Source of the DNA: Batkoa obscura
Lineage: Eukaryota
Direction of reading: 5' to 3'
DNA: 64,000 nucleotides
Assembly: GCA_030770535.1 (NCBI GenBank)
Contig: JASVEC010000014.1
Location: forward strand, 558,001-622,000
Below are positions 41,654 to 53,606 of this stretch, piece after piece (the first letter of the stretch is position 1; every line of letters starts with the position of its first letter). Under the pieces are notes generated by a model. It was not told where the DNA came from. It did no database searches and saw only the letters and a program-made list of their open reading frames with translations. Both the position numbers and the translations under genes were made by a program.

Positions 41654-43107
41654 ATGACTAAAGATTTTACAGCAACTCCTTCAATGTTAGATAATAAATA
41701 TACTTTTAACACTGTTTCAACTCCTTCAAAAGTTACCTTTACACCAACTGTAGACTCCACTAAAGCTGCTAAGCTAGAAACAAATATATCAAATTTACCT
41801 AATGTAACTCCAATTGAATTAATCAAATATAAAGTATTAAATGAAGATGAAGATGATTCTTTCTTAGTTGGTGACTTAGGTGCTATCTATCGAACCATTC
41901 AACTCTGGCATCAACATTTACCTAATATAATCCCCTTTTACGCTGTAAAATGTAACCCAGATCCGATGGTACTTCAATTGATGGTAGATCTAGGACTTAG
42001 TTTTGATTGTGCAAGTAAGAAAGAAATTGAAACTATGAAAAATTATGGTATCTCTTCTAATCGAATTATTTATGCTAATCCAATCAAACAAATCAGTCAT
42101 TTAAAGCATGCAAAAAGCCATCAAGTTGCAAAGATGACCTTTGACAATGTAGATGAATTAATTAAAATTCATAAATATTATCCAGAGGCTGAATTATTAT
42201 TAAGAATACTACCCTTAGATTGTCATTCTAAAGTACCTTTTGGTACTAAATTTGGGGCTGAGTTAGCAACTAGCGGCCATCTCTTTAAAGTTGCTAAAGA
42301 TCTTAGATTAAATATCGTTGGTTTAAGTTTTCATGTTGGTAGTGACTGTTTAAATCCAGAAGGTTATAAAGAGACTCTTAGAAGAGCTAGAAATGCTTAT
42401 GATCAAGCAAAGGCACTTGGTATTGATCTAAAAATATTAGATATTGGTGGTGGTTTCCCTGGTGTTAAAAATGAGGTTGAGTTTATCGAAATTGCTAAAG
42501 TGATCAATCAATGTTTAGAAGAGTACTTTAGTGATACCAATTTAACTTATATTGCTGAACCCGGACGTTTTTTTGTTGCTTCTTTTTATACATTAGCTAC
42601 TACAATTATTGGTAAAAGATACTGCTATACGGAAAATAATGAAAAGTCTATTATGTGTAAGTTTTATGCTTAGATTAATTTTACTTAATTGATATTAACT
42701 TCAAATCTTAGATTATTTAAATGAGGGTATTTTTAAATCATTTGCTCAAGGTGGATACATAGCTGAAACAAGATATCACCCAGTACCCATTTTATTTAAT
42801 AAAAAAAGCAAAGTGGGTGATTTTGAAAGCTTACATCATTGTACTTTATGGGGACCATCATGTGCTGCAATTGATAAAATCAATACGGAAGCCGATTTAA
42901 GGTTACCCGAATTAGAGGTCGGCGATTGGTTCTATTTTGAACATATGGGAGCTTATTCTACTTCTTTTAGTTTAGAATTGTAAATATTTTATTTCTTATT
43001 TGTATCTATTAATATTAATCTATTTTTTTAGTAACGGATTTGAACAATCTTCCAAAATTTATGTAAATACGGAAGTGGACTCACTTTCAAAACTATTACT
43101 TAAGTAA
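41654..43107 (+). CDS. Ornithine decarboxylase-family (fold III PLP) decarboxylase with atypical substrate site (2 introns)
   Basis: PFYAVKCN, FDCAS, IIYANP, KFGA, SFHVGS, LDIGGGF, AEPGRF, WGPSCAAID, GDW.YFEHMGAY, FNGF. Confidence 0.9.
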
Positions 43108-43478
43108 TGATCTTTAATCTTTCAGAATGTAATAAAAGTTGATGTTAAATTTAAATTATTTTAAAGGCTTTAGTTTACCTTTATAAAAAAATTGATAAGA
43201 ATAATAACTTATATTTAATTAATAATAGATAGGAGGTTGTTTTTTAAAACTATTAGTCTCAGTTAGTATAGACAATTTATCTATCTAATCATTTTATTAC
43301 AGATTGATAAAATACAAGCAAATGATCTATAGGCTGTAGAGGTACTTAAAAATTATGACAAAAAAATAAAAAGTCAACTATTGTTTTTTCAATTTTAATA
43401 ATTTATTAAAAAATCAATTTAATTTAGCTAAATTTTAATAGTAGTTATATATGCAAAACCCAATAGAATGTTGAAAAA

Positions 43479-43585
43479 ATATACGGGGGTGTTTTTAGCT
43501 TCATCACTTTTTCCACCTTTTAAGTACTATTTAGGTGAAAAAATTGCTAGTAAAATTCTTAAACACAAAAATACATCCTTATATA
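43479..43585 (+). mobile_element. MITE family A copy
   Basis: atacgggggtgttttt...taagtactatttaggtgaaaaaattgctagtaaaattcttaaacacaaaaatacatccttatat. Confidence 0.8.
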
Positions 43586-43687
43586 TTGACTATAAAAATT
43601 AAACAGTTTTAAGTTTATTTAAATAAAAATTTTAAAAACATTAAAAAATTATTTTTAATTCTGATTTTACAAACCAAATGAAAGCTT

Positions 43688-43794
43688 TATATGAGGATGT
43701 TTTTCTCTGATTTTATCACTTTTTCTATCTTTCAAGTACTACTTGGGTGGAAAGATTGTTAGTAAAATTCTTGACAAAAAGTATCTCATCATAT
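43688..43794 (+). mobile_element. MITE family A copy (more diverged)
   Basis: tatatgaggatgttttt...atcactttt...gggtggaaagattgttagtaaaattctt...catcatat. Confidence 0.7.
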
Positions 43795-44004
43795 CTGTTG
43801 TTAATAAAGCTAATAAAAACTACCCTAGAGCTTTTATTATCAAATAACATAACTAATTATCAGCCATGTCCTTTTTATACCTACTATAGCAACTATACTA
43901 ACATACATTTTAAATGAAACCTAAGGAAACTTAATATGTTAAAATAAAGTATATTATGCCCAAGTGACAGACAAAAAGCTCACCTATTTTACGAAAATTC
44001 TTAA

Positions 44005-44113
44005 CTATATGGGAGTATTTTTTTTGACTTCATTATTTCTTGCATTTTTTAAGCACTATTTAAGCGGAAAATTTGTTAGTAAGATTCTTAAACACAAAAA
44101 TACATCCCCATAT
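44005..44113 (+). mobile_element. MITE family A copy (left arm of an inverted pair)
   Basis: ctatatgggagtattt...taagcggaaaatttgttagtaagattcttaaacacaaaaatacatccccatat. Confidence 0.85.
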
Positions 44114-44448
44114 TTATTAAAATTTAGTAATTTTTACAATTATAAATAATGTGTGTTTTTCAAAGAAATTATGCAAACTAATTGAATGGTTTGAAAAAAA
44201 TATGGATCATTATTTTATTATTGGTATTATCAAAATACTGCAGTTTGATTGATTATAAATTAGACTAATAACTCGATTATCTTATTATCGGTGATGCCAT
44301 AACAAACCAATTTCAATTAGCTGATAATGCTTTTAAATAAAAAGGGTGCTCAAGAGTAAGCTCCATATTAACATCAAAACATTTATGATTTTTGAGTGGA
44401 ATTTTCATCATGAGCTTCTGTATTACAAAAGTTAGTTTTATAAGTTAA

Positions 44449-44558
44449 TATATGGGGATGTATTTTTGTATTTAAGAATCTTACTAACAAATTTTCCGCT
44501 TAAATAGCACTTAAAAAATGGAAAAAATAATAAAGTCAAAAAAGATACTCCCATATAG
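44449..44558 (-). mobile_element. MITE family A copy (right arm of an inverted pair)
   Basis: Close reverse complement of 44005-44113. Confidence 0.85.
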
Positions 44559-44902
44559 TGAGAGATTTTCTTATGTAAAGATAAGCTCTCACCATTTAAC
44601 ACTCTACTTAATAGTTTATTTATTGAATTTGTTACTTTTTTTAGAGATATTATAAAGCAGTCAAATATTAGGATTTTTTTGTATATTATAAATTATTATT
44701 TATTTATGAATGTTTTAAAAATGTAAAAATGTAAAATTATGTACATAACCAAATTATATACCGTTCTAAACATTTGGTCTATTTATTAATACCTATTTTT
44801 TTATAAGAGAGTATATAAAAGTTATGTAATCCAGTAAACAAACTGAATATATTTATTTTGAAAATAGATAAATTGAAGGTTTATCACCTGATCAGAAGTT
44901 AC

Positions 44903-46428
44903 TCACAATTCTCCTAAAAATAAAGAAGAATCTGAAGAAGCAGATAAGATGACATTATCAATAGGCGAGAAGTGAACTTGATTAACCGTACCATTATGAC
45001 CAGGTAATTTATATATTAATTCTTTTTTATTAATATTAAATACCATCACTGTACGATCTCCACATCCAGTAGCTATCATTTTATCTTCTCGGTCAAAACT
45101 AGGTTTAATTAAATTTTTTTCAAAGCCATGAGGGACACCTAATAAATGTTTTTAATATTATTATTTAAATCTATATATTATAATTAATTTACCTTCAAAA
45201 ATGATTAAATTTCGATCTTCATTTACTGAAAATGGTTTGATATCCCATAATCTTACTATATTAAAATGAATTATATAATTTATATTTTAAAATTAATATT
45301 AAATTAATAAAACAAATTAATAGACTTACAAGTATTATCCATTGAATATGATAGTAACATATTACCATCATTAGAAATATCCATACCGGTAACTGCTTCT
45401 TCATGACCAATTAATTCATAATTGATTTTTTTAGTAGTAAAATCTAATACCTAATATAATATTAAAAATAAAATTATAAAATTATAAAATTAACAATCTA
45501 ATTACATTTCAAATAAATGATCATAAACAAAACTTACTTTAATACTTTCATCAAATGAAGCAATAAATAGAGAATCTCCGGTTTTTGAAAATTTAACAGA
45601 AGTTAATGGTAATTCTAAATCTAAATCATAAATAGCTTCTTTTTGTCTTAAATCCCATATCTAAAAATAAATTATTAAATATTAATCAAAATTAACTGTA
45701 AAAATCAATTAAATTAACTTACTTTTAAATGATGGTCGTCTGAAACTGAAGCAATAATACCATCCGTTGAGAATTTATTGATAAATGATATAGAATTAAC
45801 TACTGATTGATGTCCTTTAAATCTTTTTATCAAACTACCACTTTCTATATCAAATACTCCTACTGTTTTATCACTACTACCTGTAATTATTTTACTATAA
45901 AAATAAATTAATATAAAAGTCAAATCATAATATAATAGAGAAATAGAATAATAACGTAAATAAATAAAGAAATAAAGTGAAACAAAAAGTATATTACCTA
46001 TTATCTGCTGACCATTGTAAATCTAAAATAGCCCCTTTATGACCACTTAGTTTACCATAGTTACTAATTTCACCATAAACATTCCATAATACTAAGAAAT
46101 TAGTATAATTAATACAATTTATTACTGAAAGTAATAATTATTATATATTTATTTACCAATATTTTTGTCAAATCCACCAGAAGCTATAATATTTCCAGTT
46201 GAGTTAAATTGAGCACAAAATATTTCCTTTTCTTCATGACCACCAACTAAATGAATAATAGGTTGTTCTAAACGACTACTCCTTTTTATCTATTTATTGA
46301 TATAATTGAATTGTAAGTAATATTATTATAGAGGGAATATTATTGAAATTTACTTTAATATCATTATCATGTTTTTTAATTAAACTTTGTTCATTTTGAT
46401 TTTTTATTATTAATGATTGATGAGCCAT
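44903..46428 (-). CDS. SNRNP40: U5 snRNP 40 kDa WD-repeat protein (Cwf17/SNRNP40)
   Basis: IKRSSRLEQPIIHL.GH; LLWNVYGEISNYGKLSGHKGAILDLQWS; HGFEKNLIK; YKLPGHNGTVN; SLFLGEL*. Confidence 0.9.
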
Positions 46429-46602
46429 GTTTTATTATATTGAGTAAAATAAAAGAATTTGATTATTTTTAATTTTTATAAAACGAATTCTTAATTTTAT
46501 TTTCAATTCACCAATAAAACTTTCTCCAAAACTTCTACCAATAAAATCTTTACTCAATTTTCCTTCACTTCATTTTTTTTAATTTCAATTTCAATCTCAA
46601 TA

Positions 46603-46982
46603 ATGAGTTTTGGTCAACCACCTAATTTCAGTAGTTTTAAACCCACGCCACCAGATAGAGGTAGTTTCCCTTTAGATCATGATAAACAGTGTTATGAATC
46701 TATGAAGAATTATTTATCTTGCTTAAAAAAAAATAAAAATGAAACTATGAATTGTAGAGAATTAGCAAAACAACATCTAGAATGTAGAATGAATAAGTAA
46801 GTTGATCTATTTTTTATTTTTAGATATGTTAATTAGTATCTTATTGAAGTCAATTGATGAAAAAAGATGACTTTGATAATTTAGGCTTTGCGGAGGATAA
46901 TAAAAACAAGAAGAAAGAGAGTAATAAAACAATAAATGAAATAAAAGGAGATAAAGATAAAGATGAAATTCCGAGTCAATAA
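46603..46982 (+). CDS. COX19: Cytochrome c oxidase assembly factor Cox19 (twin CX9C; 1 intron)
   Basis: PTPPDRGSFPLDHDKQCYESMKNYLSCL...CRELAKQHLECRM + LMKKDDFDNLGF. Confidence 0.95.
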
Positions 46983-47029
46983 TATCAATAATATCGATAA
47001 TATAAAGCATTTTATTTCTATATTTAAGA

Positions 47030-47208
47030 TCATGGTTGAAGAACGTACCTGTTTTATAAAATTTAAAATAAAGAATATAACTAGAATATTTAAATTTACA
47101 TTTTAACTTGAAACATACCAGCTGGAAACCCAGTTTGAATTTTTTCTTTGATCAATTTTAAATCAGACTTTTTAAATATTGTTTTAAAAATTTCATCAGA
47201 TCTATTTA

Positions 47209-47242
<34 letters not shown>

Positions 47243-47907
47243 GAATTTACCTTGTAAAACTTGAGTCTACTTCATCCATTACATAACCAAACTTAGATAT
47301 ATTATCCTTAATTACAATGTATCCATTATCTTTTAGTCCTTTTTTACACCTTTCAAAAAAGCTAACTAAATCATCTAAGTAAACAAAACATCAATAAACA
47401 TTCTATCCCTCTTCATCTCATTAAAACTTACCATCTGTCAAATGTCCAATAACCCATTGAATCCAAATACAATCATATTTTTTTTCTCCAGGTGTAAATT
47501 CTTGCATACCAATATTAAAAAATTCTTCAAACCCTTCTTTTTCTCCTAACTCTTCTTTAGCTCTTATTATCAATTTTTTATTCTGTTCTAATAAATCTAC
47601 TTTCTCAAATACTTTACTCAATACATTTTTACTCACTCTCCCTATCCCCGCACCACAATCTAATGCTCTGATTTTATCCTTTAAATTGATTTCGGTAAGT
47701 AATTGTAAACTTTGTTTCACATCTGGTGCATCTAATTCACTGAATCCGCCTAACATGCCATCAATACTGGTATCTACACTCTATTAATGAAATACGATTT
47801 AGTTATTCTTTTAAAAATTTAATAATTGATTAAAAAAGTGTACTTACATTCCAATAGGTATCTGCATCTTTATAAAAATCTACTTTTTTAGGTTCTTGAG
47901 TAGTCAT
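47030..47907 (-). CDS. NTM1: Alpha-N-terminal protein methyltransferase (Tae1/NTMT1)
   Basis: FYKDADTYWN, GMLGGF, ALDCGAGIGRVSK, YDCIWIQWVIGHLTD, IVIKDN, DEVDSSFTRS. Confidence 0.93.
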
Positions 47908-50900
47908 TCTTTTTTTTGAGATTAAAAAGATAACTAATTTCAAAAACTTGAAGACTTTTTAGTGTGATTCTGAGTTTTTTCATTTTATAATCTGAACATA
48001 AAAATAGGACTAATATTTTAAATAGAGTTTTTAATATAGTTTTTATAACATGAAAATAATCTTTTTTAATAAATGATTGTAAAATAAAAAAACCCAAAAT
48101 AGCTATAATTAAAATTTAGCTAATAATTTTTTTTAATCAATAGTCTTAAATAAATAGTTTTTTAATATATTTGAACTTAAAAGCTAATATGATATCAGTT
48201 TTTTAAAATCTAATTAAAAGTAAATTGAACTTGTGAACTAATGTGAGAGAGAACTCAAACCATTTGCCCAATGATTAGTATTTTTTTAATATTTAGGCTT
48301 TAATAAGTACTTATTGCTAATTTTATATAAGAGAACCTAAAAGGACCCTATAATATTAAAAAAGCCTTTATAATTTTAATGATTCAGATATTCTGGTTTA
48401 AGCAACTTTTTTGTAAATATATACTAGTGATTTTATTTTGGAATGTGACTATCGAATTTTTACAATAAGAATATACATAATTGATAAAACGTAATCTACT
48501 GTATTTTGAGTAAAAGCAAACTGAGATATACTGAAAAGAAATAATCTAAACTGTCTCCAGTAAATAAAATAGAGAATAACTTTAATAGGCATGAGATGGC
48601 TAAAAATCAGTCTTATTTTAAGGTTGCTTTCAAAAGATATAAGCTATTATAATAATGTACTTTCACTAGTTGATCGATTTATTAATTCCAACCAAATGAG
48701 CATAATGCTGCATTATCCAAATTATTGCATAATTCATATCGAAGTTTAAATGCATAAGTTTAGCTAATCCTAATTTCGGAATTAAAATAAAATATTCCGC
48801 TATTCAAATATTTAGCAGTATTAGAAAATGATACTAAAACACTTTGCATTTTTATACCGAGCTTTTGGTTTATTTAGTATCTATAATTTTATACAGGTAT
48901 AGTAATTTGGTGGGGTATTTGGCTTTAAATCGTAACATTCCCTTTGTTTCAATAGATTAAATTAGAAATCATTGGTATAACATAATGGAATAGAAAGTTT
49001 ACCTGAAATAGGAAGTGTTTTAAATGAAAAGATAACTGTTCTCGGTATAACCTATCAGCCCACAAAGTTTAGTATTTTTCTGCATTACATTAAAGTAAAG
49101 TAATATTAAATTAAACCAAATCAATTCATTACGTTTAAGCTAATAAATTGAATTGAAAAATAAAGCTAAAATTGAATTAGAGTATTTCCCTCTATCTGTG
49201 TGATTTGTTTTCTCTTGATCCCCCTTCCTTCCCATCATCCTATCCTATTAGTTACTTGTTCCACTTTTAACTTTCTCCTAATAATAAGATACTCAGGAGT
49301 CTCTGACTCCTTCAAGGTTTTCTATAAAAGAACCTAAGTTTGTTCACCTAATAAAAACCTTGCTTGCAGCCATTTCAATATTTTTATAAACTACTTATTA
49401 GTAATTTTTACAGTTTGTTACTTAAATATTTATTTGGAGTTCAATCCTTATGCATTAACAAATTTTAGTATTAAATTTCACCTTAAATCAATAAATAATA
49501 ATTCCCAATGTTGAAACGGCTGTATTACTCTAAAAATTTAATCGGAGTATCAAGTTAATTTTGAGATTACCCTGAAAAATTAGAAACTATTTTATTTTAT
49601 GTTTTATATTTTTTATTAAAAATTAGATCTAGTAAGGGCTCTCTTTGAAGTTTATTTAAAAACTAGAACTTAATCTCTCTATCAAATTTCTTTAGTTCAT
49701 TATCATTTTTACTATTTTACTCATAAATAGATCGACAATGAATTATAAAGACTATTATTGAGCGAATTAACATTAAACCAAAAACAAATATTCGCTATAA
49801 ATATTACTAAATTAAGAATATTTCCATTTTAAAGAAACCGACATTTGAATTTAAACTAACTGTTATTAAAACTTTATTAAATTTAATTATGGCATTAGTT
49901 ATGGCATTAGTTTCGACAATAAGCCAACTTACTAGGTATTCAATATTTTTTTAAGCTCTTTCTCTGCAAATTAAAGATACAGATAAAGAAATATCACCAT
50001 TTTCATCCTCTTTAATAATATCATGTTAATAATATAACAAACAAAAAAGCAAAATGTCGTCTAATTTGGTTCTTCAATCAATCTATCAATATTCTAGTAC
50101 AATATACTCTATAGTTCAGATATACTCGGATTCAAAAACTAGTTGATTTTGTATAATATAATTTAAGTTTCAGTGTTAAGAATTTAATTTTTTGTGAAAC
50201 ATATTAAAAATTAAAACTTAACTATTCATTGCTTGTATCAGTATTACAATAAAGATTGTTGACCTATAAATTATTTGTTTTATTCTTAAAGCATCATATT
50301 AGATAAACGTCAACTCATCATAATGTATCGAATTTTAACCTATATATTATATCATCAAGGAACATAGCCCTTATCAAACTTTATCTATATTATTAGTAAT
50401 CAATAATGTAAATTTACAATATGTTAACTTTAACATAAATCATATGAAATTGATATATTAAAATAAAGCATAATGAATTTAAGCTTTTTTTCAAAGTGTT
50501 CAAATTATATTATTTAACACTATTTTTAACTTTAAGAATAAATAGCAATAAAAAAAATAACGATAAATGTTATAATGTCATTGTAACTATATCACAAGGG
50601 TATTATTAATAATTTGGAAACTATCTATAATCAAATACGATCATGTACAACAATGTATAGTAAATTAAGTTAAATTCAACATAAACTTTATTCTCGGTCA
50701 CAATCATTTGAGTAATAAATGATTAATGGGACTGTTCTTAAATTTGAGTAGATTTTAATTTTGATACTCTTTAATCAAATTAATAATGGGAGTATCCTAA
50801 ACGAGAAAAAGTAATATTAATCATAGTTCAGTATCTCAATCATTCCAAATATTTAGATAATTTTTGGCATGAATCCCAGAAATAGCTGGTTTGTTTCAAT

Positions 50901-51299
50901 ATTATAAGCACATCGAAATAATTCATTATTTTAATTAACTCACCTTTGTATTTCAATGTCATAATTCAAGATCAAATAGAATTATAGCAGAATGCTTACT
51001 TTGGGCTTCATAGTACAGTTATTTCCTTTCTATACTTTAGATCGCAGTAAATGCAAACCTACCAAAGCTGTTTTAATTAATTTAACAAATATAAATGCAA
51101 AACAATAAAACTCATAATACAGACAAGATTTTATTTTATTTCATTTTATTATGGCACATAAAATATTTAATTCTTTTAAACTATTAGAATTATTTCAATA
51201 AATTGTTATTTAATTATTTGTTAAAGCCTATGGTTCTACTAAATAAAGAAATTAAAGTAAAATAAAGTTTCTATTCTTTAATCTTTAAATAGGCATAAT

Positions 51300-52391
51300 T
51301 TGAGCAATAAAATTGAAATTACAAATAACATAGTATCATCTGTTTTTTTATCCTTTGAATTCTTTATGACTTCTAAAGATTTAATAAAATTTACATCTAG
51401 CGAAGAAGGAAAGAACAACGATAACATTAAAAGGAAGGAATCTTTAGAAAAACCAAAGATGGAGTTTCAGTCAAGTAATAGTAGTATCCTTAGGCTGGAT
51501 AAATATATATTCAAACATCAAAATCCAAGCTCAACTAGTAATGAAAGTAAAGAAAAAAGAAATATCAAACATAATAAAGTGACATACAAAGAAACATCAT
51601 ACAAAAGCCAAGAAGTGAAAGATGAGGATACAGAACTAAAAGTACCTCCACGAAAAATAGTCATGGGCTCAACTATGAATAGATCAAAAAGTTTTAACAA
51701 ACCGATTTCTGTTCGATTTAAAGAAGAAAAGTACCATATGCCAGATTCCAATAAATTTGTGGAAGAGATATCCCCTATTTATAATGACCAATTGATAAAT
51801 AAATTTACCACTAAAGAGAACATAAACTATAAAGATGGGCTTCAATTCAAAGTACGACCCAATAAATCAATTAAGAGTACAACTAAAAAAAAAGAGCTTA
51901 AAGTTAAGTATAACAATATAAAAGATACTTTATCTCATGATAATACCAACCTAACGACTTTTTTAATGAATACATCATCAGATATAACTTCTTCTACTCA
52001 ATTTCCTCAAGGAAATGATGGCTTTAATGATTTAAATAGTGATCTAACTACTTTAGATATCATATTGGTGGATAATTTCAGTATGATAGAAGATAAAATG
52101 ATAGTATCCACAATTACTGAAAGTGAGATAGAGTTCCTTAAACAAAATAGAAATGACCCGAGCTATAGAACAACGCTATTGATGTTAGCATTATTAGCTT
52201 TGAATTATGTAGAAAAAATAAAAGAAAGATATCCTTCTTATTTTGCTTTCTATTTGCAAAGATTAAACAACCTCTTTACTTATGTAAATCAACAGCACTC
52301 CCGTTCGTTGCTTTCAATGAGTAATTGCTATTATTTGAATCTTGCGATTACTTTGTCCAAATTTTTACCAAATCAACCTTATTCTCAATAA
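51300..52391 (+). CDS. Hypothetical protein (intronless, low-complexity; first ATG near 51367)
   Basis: Long open frame in very AT-rich DNA; no recognisable family motif. Confidence 0.55.
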   Translation: MSNKIEITNNIVSSVFLSFEFFMTSKDLIKFTSSEEGKNNDNIKRKESLEKPKMEFQSSNSSILRLDKYIFKHQNPSSTSNESKEKRNIKHNKVTYKETSYKSQEVKDEDTELKVPPRKIVMGSTMNRSKSFNKPISVRFKEEKYHMPDSNKFVEEISPIYNDQLINKFTTKENINYKDGLQFKVRPNKSIKSTTKKKELKVKYNNIKDTLSHDNTNLTTFLMNTSSDITSSTQFPQGNDGFNDLNSDLTTLDIILVDNFSMIEDKMIVSTITESEIEFLKQNRNDPSYRTTLLMLALLALNYVEKIKERYPSYFAFYLQRLNNLFTYVNQQHSRSLLSMSNCYYLNLAITLSKFLPNQPYSQ

Positions 52392-53606
52392 ACAACTCAA
52401 AGTATAGTTAATATATAAGGTATTTTTTATTTTATAAAGTTTATAGTATATAGAGAAACTAGGATTTAAGCCAAAGCAATTTTTTAATAAATATTGTAAT
52501 CAATCCAATTAAATATTTTACTGTATTAGAAGGATATTATGTATGTTAAAAAGTATGAAAGTAAGTTAGTTTTAAATTCAATAATTCATAGAACATTTGC
52601 TTACCATCAATTTTTAGAGCTCACATAAAATAAATTAATAAATTTCATAATTTGTGTTTGTTTTACAAAAATAAAATTTATTTTCCAAATTGTATCCTAA
52701 TATAGATACTTTCATTAATGTACTATATCAGGTAATAATTAATTATTTAATTTTAAAAACTTTAATTTCAACAATTGCTATCAATTCCGGAAATGATATA
52801 AATCTAGTAATATTGAGGTTGATTCTTTCATTTCCTTATCACAAAGGCCAGTCAGTGCATTTGCATCATATGGTTCAAAATTAGAAGAAAGATTTTAAGT
52901 GTATTTATGGGTAACTAAAACGACGGAACTTAACAAAATTAAAATGTCATCACTAATCTTTCACCAAGCAAATAATTTATTGAAAAAAATGTGGAAAAAA
53001 GTTCGAAATGGGCAAGCATATAACGATTAGAGTGAGGTGCTATAGAGTTTTTGTTCATGAGGATACTGAATATTAGTAAGACTAAGGTAGTGTATTTTCT
53101 AATATTAAAGTTAATTTAATGACTCACAGGTTTATGACAAATACCTTAACTTAAAAATACGTTTTAGACAAACCCATTTAATAGTAGTTTTTACTTAGAA
53201 AAATATGTTGAACCATAACACTGAGTTTAAGTAAACTCAAAAAGAGTAGAATAGGTAGAACAAAAACCGTTTGCAAAATAAACAGTAAGTGATTTTTATA
53301 AGAAATACAAACAGTAAAAAAGATTTATTGATGGTTTCCGAAAATTAAGAGAATTGAGTTGTTTATTCAGACTATCTTAATATTTTATTACAATATTTTA
53401 TATGGCTATGGCTTTTTTGTTTACAATTCCTTATAACAATTTTTCACTGAATTATACTTAAAAAATGGAAAAATAAAGGAGTATTTAATTACAAAGTAAA
53501 AATTGAGAAAACAAATACGCCTTTTATTAAGTTAGTTTTTAAAAAATAGAACATCGAAATTCATCGAGGATATTCAAGACACTTCAGCTATAACAAAAGC
53601 TGTAAT

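Noticed and set aside
43479..44558. Clustered repeats with unique spacers, superficially CRISPR-like
   Set aside because: Units are ~105 bp, divergent, in both orientations with irregular spacing; eukaryotic context with no cas genes
47888..48097. ORF suggesting a longer NTM1 N-terminus
   Set aside because: Out of frame with the conserved FYKDADTYW exon, which has its own ATG at 47907
49190..49380. CT-rich segment with a GGAGTC/GACTCC hairpin, TATAAAAG and AATAAA, resembling a solo LTR
   Set aside because: Single copy in the window with no clear termini or TSD; cannot be supported
48600..51100. Possible decayed transposase fragments (also 52800-53050)
   Set aside because: No ordered catalytic motifs could be recognised by eye
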